From Phyllobates terribilis (taxonomy: Eukaryota): a stretch of DNA of 64,000 nt. Under the pieces are notes generated by a model. That model was not told where the DNA came from and did no database searches. It saw nothing but the letters and a program-made list of their open reading frames with translations. Shown here piece by piece: positions 60,001 to 64,000 of this stretch (position 1 is the first letter of the stretch; the number at the start of each line of letters is the position of its first letter). The stretch is taken from assembly GCF_046119375.1 (NCBI RefSeq), contig NW_027362761.1, positions 72,912,001-72,976,000 of the forward strand, read 5' to 3'. The position numbers and the translations under genes were made by a program.

Positions 60001-63000
60001 TATGAAGGGAACTGCTTGCACTAGTTTTGTTTTTGGTGCAACCAGTGGAAATCAACATTCTGTTTTGAGATAAAAGCCCTGTGCCTTATTGTTCCAAGCA
60101 GCTGCCAGAGAGCGTGAATCTATGACAACCTTATTATCGATGGTGATGACATTTGGGTTATCTGAACACAGTTCACTTACTTTTAATGATATTACTATCA
60201 ATTTACAATAAAGATTTTTTTTCCCCAATAAAAAGATGGATGTCTCAGACGGCATTATTGTTACCAATTAAACCATGTTCAGCCACAGATATTATGCAGA
60301 AAAAGCCAACACTGCAATGGACTACAGAGTGAATTACCTGTCAATACAATTTACATTCATTGTATCCAATCGAGTGTACAGCATTTCAGTAGCTTGGGCA
60401 AGCTGGTTTAGTCATTAAGGATTTAAAAGTAGATAAAGCCAGAGGGGAAGGGCAATACCATATACACAATAGTGTGCATGTCTATGACGAAAACTACATG
60501 GAACACATTCATGGCACATTATATGAAAAAAAAATAAATAACCCACAGCAGAAACCAGAAGAAAAAGATGGTGGTCGACACACAGCTGCCAAATAAATAC
60601 CGAGAATGTGATAGTGGGTAAGATATGAACCAGAAGTAGATACAATAAAAACAGGAACATAAAAAACCCTAAACAAATATAGGGTTCTTTTAGACAGTGG
60701 CTGATGTGAAAACCTCCCATCTCAGTTCCACTGTGGTTTTGTAACACTTTTGGCATCTTGAGATTAGGGGAAATGTGGGAAAAATGTTGTACTAGTTCCC
60801 CGTCAATTAGGCACTTCCTAGCTAATAAACTAATTACTCTTCAAAAGGATACCACTTGTGGCAATGATCCTGGTTGAAGCTTGCAGAGTTCAATTAACAA
60901 TGTTGTGTACATGACCTCGATGTGTGGTGGAACTGGAATCTGAAATAATTCCCCAAAGATGACCTAGAGCGTAAAATAAAAAAGTAATGTGTAAATAACA
61001 ATGGAAAATAATTAGATCATTAGCAAATGTACAAAATACTGATTGCTTTAAAAGGGATCCTGTCAAAACTGCAGGCAGCAAGAATTAGGCACTGGCTGTG
61101 TTATCGCAGTCTTGTATGTTCCGACTCGGAAATGATGCTGCATTTCAGAAAAGCAGTGCTTTGAAGAGCCAAACGGAGTACATGCTACCTTGGTCTAGAC
61201 ATTTGAGAAGCCTCTCCCTGCCCAGCACCCCATGACTGACCGTTCTCTCCACGCGTGTCTGTGAAACGCCCAGAGGAACGCCTCATTCACACATCGGTAT
61301 TTAAACACTTATGTAAAAAAATGTCAGCGTTGTGAATCAGTATGTTATCAGTGTGTCAGCGGTTTTTCACAGATAAAAGAAATTTCAAAGCTTCTCCTAT
61401 ACACAAATGGCACATGCATGCCATCCGGGTGTTGTACATGTTTTTCAAAGACCCATAGGCTTATATTGGCTCTTGTCATCAGTGCTGCCAGAAAAGCACG
61501 GACATGTGAAGAAAAAGATAGATTATAATGGGTACGTGTTGTATCCGTGATAAAAAAAATGATACAACATGTACGTGTGACACAGACATCGGAGTGACGC
61601 CTAAGACATGCAAGGAAGCAATAATGCGACAAATGTCTGATTCATGCTGCCTCTGGTACTTTGAAATACTTTCAAAAGACATACCTCAACAATATGATAG
61701 TTCAAGGGAATCTTGTTTTTCCCTGGGTAGCTAAGAAGCTGGGCAGCACTAAAGTGAAAAAAAGGAAACAATCTTGTTAGAAAGGCAGCAACAAAGAACA
61801 GAAGGTCACTACACCCGTCATCCTGTGTTCATGTCTACTGAGCCTACTGTAAAAGCAATGTGACCACAACTTTTTCTAGCCTCTATTTAGGTTGGTAGGA
61901 AGAGGAAATAGTCTTTGCAGACTACATGTCCAGGTGCTAGTTAGAGCCCACCTCATCTTCCTTTATTATTTTCTTTCCTGGCACATCATGTCGCTATAGG
62001 ATACAGCCCACACAAACTGCCTTTTTGCCCTTCAATATACCCTGTTCCCTTATCCCTAAGGTCTGTGAAAAAAAACATTTGGCAGTCAGTAAAAAGGTTC
62101 AGAACTGACTAAGTGGGCAAGAAATGGCAGCACACGTTGCGTGATAGCTTTGGGGCATCTTGATTTTCTTGTTGGACATTGGCTTACTTTAAACAAAAAT
62201 TGCAGCAAAATATTTGTCTAACCATTTACATGAGGCATAAGTCTGGTCTACCACATGAGCACTAGTTTGATCTTTCTGTAAAGAAGTGTGGCACATATTG
62301 CTTAGTAACTCTGCCCCACCGTCTTCAACTTAGCATCAGGCTGCACGTAAGAGTAAGGAGAGCTACTCCAAATAATCAGACAACTGGGCATACTATTGCT
62401 ACAATAAATCCTACTGACACTGTCCAGTATTAAAACACACACTTTCGCACTGTCTCTAGGGAAGATTTTGCTTTAACCCTTTCTCTACTTTATCTGAACA
62501 TTTTGCACGAATATAAAGTAAACCATGCCAAGACAAAACTATTGGACATCTGATTGCAAATCCTATGGCTAAAAGTGCATTTAGACAGAAAAGAATTATC
62601 ACAAGCAAGTGTCTGTAATCATTCATGCCGCATTCACACATCTGTGTCATGGTCTGAGGATGGACCATGATTCACGGACTGGCTGCGAGTCTCCTGACCC
62701 CATCTTGACAGTCTCATAGGCATATAGGAGCCTGTCAAGGTCAGGTCTAAAGACTCGCGACAGGTCTGGGAATCATAGTCCGTACCGTTACACGTGTGAA
62801 TGTGGTCTTAATGCAAACAGGCTACCAATCATCTGATTAACAAGCACTTGTTCATCGGGTGAAATGAACTTTTGAAAATCCATGACATATTTAAAACTGA
62901 GAAAAATAATGGCTTGTGTAATTTTTCTGTATACAAACATCAAAAATGGTATTTAAAAAAATACTTCATGCATCCGTTACCAGGTTTTCCTCTCTCTCCA

Positions 63001-63078
63001 GTGTGATTTAATGATGCAGTGCAGATTTTCTTCAATAACAAATCGCTCTACAGAATGAGTTCCAGGCATTACTGGACC
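38896..63078 (-). CDS. ncbp1: Nuclear cap-binding protein subunit 1 (CBP80), 3' part of the gene: 15 coding exons; the 5' exons lie beyond the window end
   Basis: Exons at 62981-63078, 61685-61748, 60853-60963, 60338-60402, 57707-57769, 56190-56264, 55533-55636, 51858-51980, 51642-51744, 51182-51275, 50984-51087, 41130-41244, 39335-39457, 39109-39222 and 38896-39009. All are AG..GT bounded with consistent phases; total 1470 nt = 489 aa + TAG. The translation matches vertebrate NCBP1 from GPVMPG to FQQFCALQA* (recognised from memory of the human protein). Confidence 0.97.
39109..39222 (-). CDS. ncbp1: ncbp1 exon (about 22) [38 protein letters not shown]
   Basis: 114 nt; poly-T then tag acceptor; gttggt donor keeps the frame. 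Confidence 0.93.
39335..39457 (-). CDS. ncbp1: ncbp1 exon (about 21) [41 protein letters not shown]
   Basis: 123 nt; ttttag acceptor, gtaata donor. Confidence 0.95.
39542..40330. mobile_element. Left part of a non-autonomous TTAA|CCCCTT (piggyBac-like) element in an ncbp1 intron
   Basis: TTAA|CCCCTTCC start; related right ends AAAGGGG|TTAA at 44752 and 55434. Confidence 0.55.
41130..41244 (-). CDS. ncbp1: ncbp1 exon (about 20) (R)[38 protein letters not shown]
   Basis: 115 nt; tattag acceptor, gtaagc donor; seen within ORF 41055..41327. Confidence 0.95.
41872..42484. mobile_element. Kolobok/T2-type MITE, right end cut by the adjacent Tc1
   Basis: TTAA|AGGGAATCTGTCAGTAGGATCAACCCTC ... GAGGGTTGATCCTACTGACA. 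Confidence 0.75.
42487..43195 (+). mobile_element. Tc1 5' half (TIR + paired-like HTH N-terminus of the transposase)
   Basis: TA|CACTACCGTTCAAAAGTTTGGGGTCA; [27 protein letters not shown] then truncated. Confidence 0.88.
43196..44752. mobile_element. Non-autonomous piggyBac-like element remnant interrupted by a gypsy fragment
   Basis: AT-rich repeat body at 43196-43570 and 44410-44752; ends ACCACCCTCGGGGGTAAAGGGG|TTAA. Confidence 0.5.
43570..44410 (+). pseudogene. Gmr1-like gypsy fragment: integrase core fused by deletion to the RT-RNase H tether and RNase H
   Basis: [31 protein letters not shown]|[15 protein letters not shown]; [14 protein letters not shown]. Confidence 0.85.
45307..45390 (+). 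repeat. DIRS internal complementary region (ICR) spelling the 3'end-TTT-5'end circle junction
   Basis: 45307-45359 is the reverse complement of 45041-45093 (1 mismatch in 53); 45357-45390 matches the 5' end at 54684. Confidence 0.9.
45413..45799. mobile_element. PIF/Harbinger-type MITE inserted into the DIRS
   Basis: TIR GGCTATGTGCCCACGT / ACGTGGGCACACAGCC; TAA/TTA flanks; internal GCGGAA/TTCCGC repeats. Confidence 0.8.
50984..51087 (-). CDS. ncbp1: ncbp1 exon (about 19) [34 protein letters not shown](R)
   Basis: 104 nt; ctgcag acceptor, gtgaaa donor. Confidence 0.95.
51182..51275 (-). CDS. ncbp1: ncbp1 exon (about 18) (K)[31 protein letters not shown]
   Basis: 94 nt; long poly-T tract then aag acceptor, gtgagc donor. 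Confidence 0.95.
51338..51558. mobile_element. Kolobok/T2-type MITE in a short ncbp1 intron
   Basis: AGAGAATCTGTCACCACATTTGACC ... GGTCAAATATGGTGACAGATACGCT|TTAA. Confidence 0.75.
51642..51744 (-). CDS. ncbp1: ncbp1 exon (about 17) (D)[33 protein letters not shown](K)
   Basis: 103 nt; ttttag acceptor, gtaagt donor. Confidence 0.95.
51858..51980 (-). CDS. ncbp1: ncbp1 exon (about 16) (S)[40 protein letters not shown]
   Basis: 123 nt; ctttag acceptor, gtaaca donor. Confidence 0.93.
52243..52674. mobile_element. Palindromic Kolobok/T2-type MITE (about 90-bp arms); right tip lost at the Tc1 junction
   Basis: TTAA|AGAAGTTGTCCACTACTATAGAACA..; the mirror arm ends ...TGTTCTATAGTAGTGG. Confidence 0.8.
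52676..54142 (+). mobile_element. Tc1 transposon, near full-length but dead
   Basis: About 250-bp TIRs, TA after the right end; transposase from ATG 53063 with a TGA at codon 26; WSDESK and QQDNDPKH present, but the WPPQSPDLNPIE segment (catalytic E) is deleted. Confidence 0.93.
54150..54684 (-). mobile_element. DIRS 5' end fragment (left ITR and leader)
   Basis: Minus strand starts TTTCTCCTTCCCCCATGACTGCACCACGGAGAGAGGGGATCCGCCC, matching the ICR and right ITR at 45041-45390. Confidence 0.88.
54681..54719 (+). repeat. Second copy of the Tc1 right terminus
   Basis: gaaaaatctttaaatgagaaggtgtgtc..ggtctgtact duplicates about 54095-54141 with a small deletion. Confidence 0.8.
54730..55434. mobile_element. 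Right part of a non-autonomous piggyBac-like (GGGG|TTAA) element
   Basis: Ends ...CGGAAAGGGG|TTAA; the body resembles 39900-40330. Confidence 0.55.
55533..55636 (-). CDS. ncbp1: ncbp1 exon (about 15) (R)[34 protein letters not shown]
   Basis: 104 nt; tttcag acceptor, gtaagt donor; seen within ORF 55492..55677. Confidence 0.95.
56190..56264 (-). CDS. ncbp1: ncbp1 exon (about 14) (W)[24 protein letters not shown](R)
   Basis: 75 nt; tttcag acceptor, gtagtg donor. Confidence 0.95.
57707..57769 (-). CDS. ncbp1: ncbp1 exon (about 13) (R)[20 protein letters not shown](W)
   Basis: 63 nt; ctccag acceptor, gtaagt donor. Confidence 0.95.
58153..58600. mobile_element. Harbinger-type MITE
   Basis: Imperfect TIR GGGCAGGGTTACA / TGTAACCCTGGTC; internal inverted segments. 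Confidence 0.5.
58657..60020 (-). mobile_element. Decayed Tc1 transposon with internal deletions
   Basis: TIR GTGGCTTGTGAAAG[C]ATTCACCCC with inner DR; peptides [22 protein letters not shown] and [18 protein letters not shown]. Confidence 0.85.
60338..60402 (-). CDS. ncbp1: ncbp1 exon (about 12) [21 protein letters not shown](R)
   Basis: 65 nt; aaccag acceptor, gtaatt donor. Confidence 0.95.
60853..60963 (-). CDS. ncbp1: ncbp1 exon (about 11) [37 protein letters not shown]
   Basis: 111 nt; ctctag acceptor, gtatcc donor. Confidence 0.95.
61685..61748 (-). CDS. ncbp1: ncbp1 exon (about 10) (C)[21 protein letters not shown]
   Basis: 64 nt; ctttag acceptor, gtatgt donor. Confidence 0.95.
62981..63078 (-). 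CDS. ncbp1: ncbp1 exon (about exon 9 by human numbering) [32 protein letters not shown]
   Basis: 98 nt; ttttag acceptor, gtaacg donor. Confidence 0.95.
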
Positions 63079-64000
63079 CTAAAACAGCAAAAACAATATA
63101 AATTTACATGCATTGATAGGATTTTAGAGAAAACCACTGCCCTAGACATTTATTACCTAGTGCACTTGTAAAATCCTAATTGGGTGACGGCTGCCAACAT
63201 TGGGGGCTGATACTAAGCCAGTAGTGCTAGTTCCTACACATGCCAAACTTATCAGATTGCACACACCACTAGGGGAAGCCAATGGAAACTAAAGACATTA
63301 AGGCTGTGAACCCACTATGAGCTTTTAGTGAGTTTTGACAGCGTATTTTCACAGTCAAAAACAGTGCTGTACAGTTCCAGCAGAGTGGATGGGATTTATA
63401 GAAAGCTCATGCCCACTGTGCTTTTTTACTCAGTGTAAACTGACCTGCGGTGTGTGTGTTTCATATCCACAACATGACAATTTCTCTTGCGGGTACACAG
63501 TTTTTTGTGGAATTTCCCCATAGAGTTGCATTAGATGTGGGAAATCCGCGTTAAAAAACACGTAAACGTTTAGCGAGTTTCCGCAACGGAAACTAATCAA
63601 ATGCATGTTGTTATCTGCACATCACTGTCAATGTTTTGTCAAAGCCAAATGCTAAGAAGTATCAAAAACAAGGCACAATTAAATTACAACATGACATACT
63701 AAAAAGACAAAAAAATGTGACATCGAAAATGCATGGAAACCAACCTACTCAAAAACACAAGGAAAAAAATGCAAGTAACCTATTTTACTTAGGCGCAGAA
63801 AGACTGCAACATCAAAAACTCATTGTGGAAACATTGCCTAAAGGGTCATTGACACTGCAAGTTAATCGTGGAAAAACATTAAACCGCTAATTTCACAATG
63901 CTTGTTCATCGGATGACATGATCTTTTGTGCAGCACTAAAGATCATGGTTCTCGGCGGTTCATCATCCGGCTTAAACAGAACTCCCACTGCCAAGAACCA

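Overview
Vertebrate genomic DNA, very probably from a frog. This is inferred from the Tc1, Kolobok/T2, Harbinger, DIRS, CR1 and Penelope repeat spectrum and from the amphibian-like NCBP1 protein. The right 40% (about 38.3-63.1 kb, minus strand) holds the last 15 coding exons of ncbp1 (CBP80, nuclear cap-binding protein subunit 1). All 15 have GT-AG junctions and consistent phases, and they splice to 489 aa plus a stop codon. The rest is a dense, nested transposon landscape. (1) A 5'-truncated Penelope element (RT + GIY-YIG) has a hammerhead ribozyme in its 3' region. (2) A full-length CR1 LINE with two intact ORFs is inserted into a Tc1 terminal repeat. (3) A truncated L1 hosts a near-intact hAT (8-bp TSD) and a solo LTR. 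(4) A Gmr1-type Ty3/gypsy element (PR-IN-RT-RH order, SCAN-like gag) hosts a full-length L1 (15-bp TSD) and a piggyBac (TTAA). (5) A DIRS tyrosine-recombinase retrotransposon, several Tc1 copies and many MITEs lie in ncbp1 introns. The most novel-looking observation is a consensus-quality spliceosomal intron in the CR1 5'UTR: donor GAG|GTGAGT, branch point TACTGAC, acceptor TAG|AATG. It encloses a tandem-repeat array and would place the ORF1 ATG directly after the splice junction. Also notable is a split DIRS whose two ends bracket four ncbp1 exons. All calls are from reading the sequence by eye; no database searches were run.
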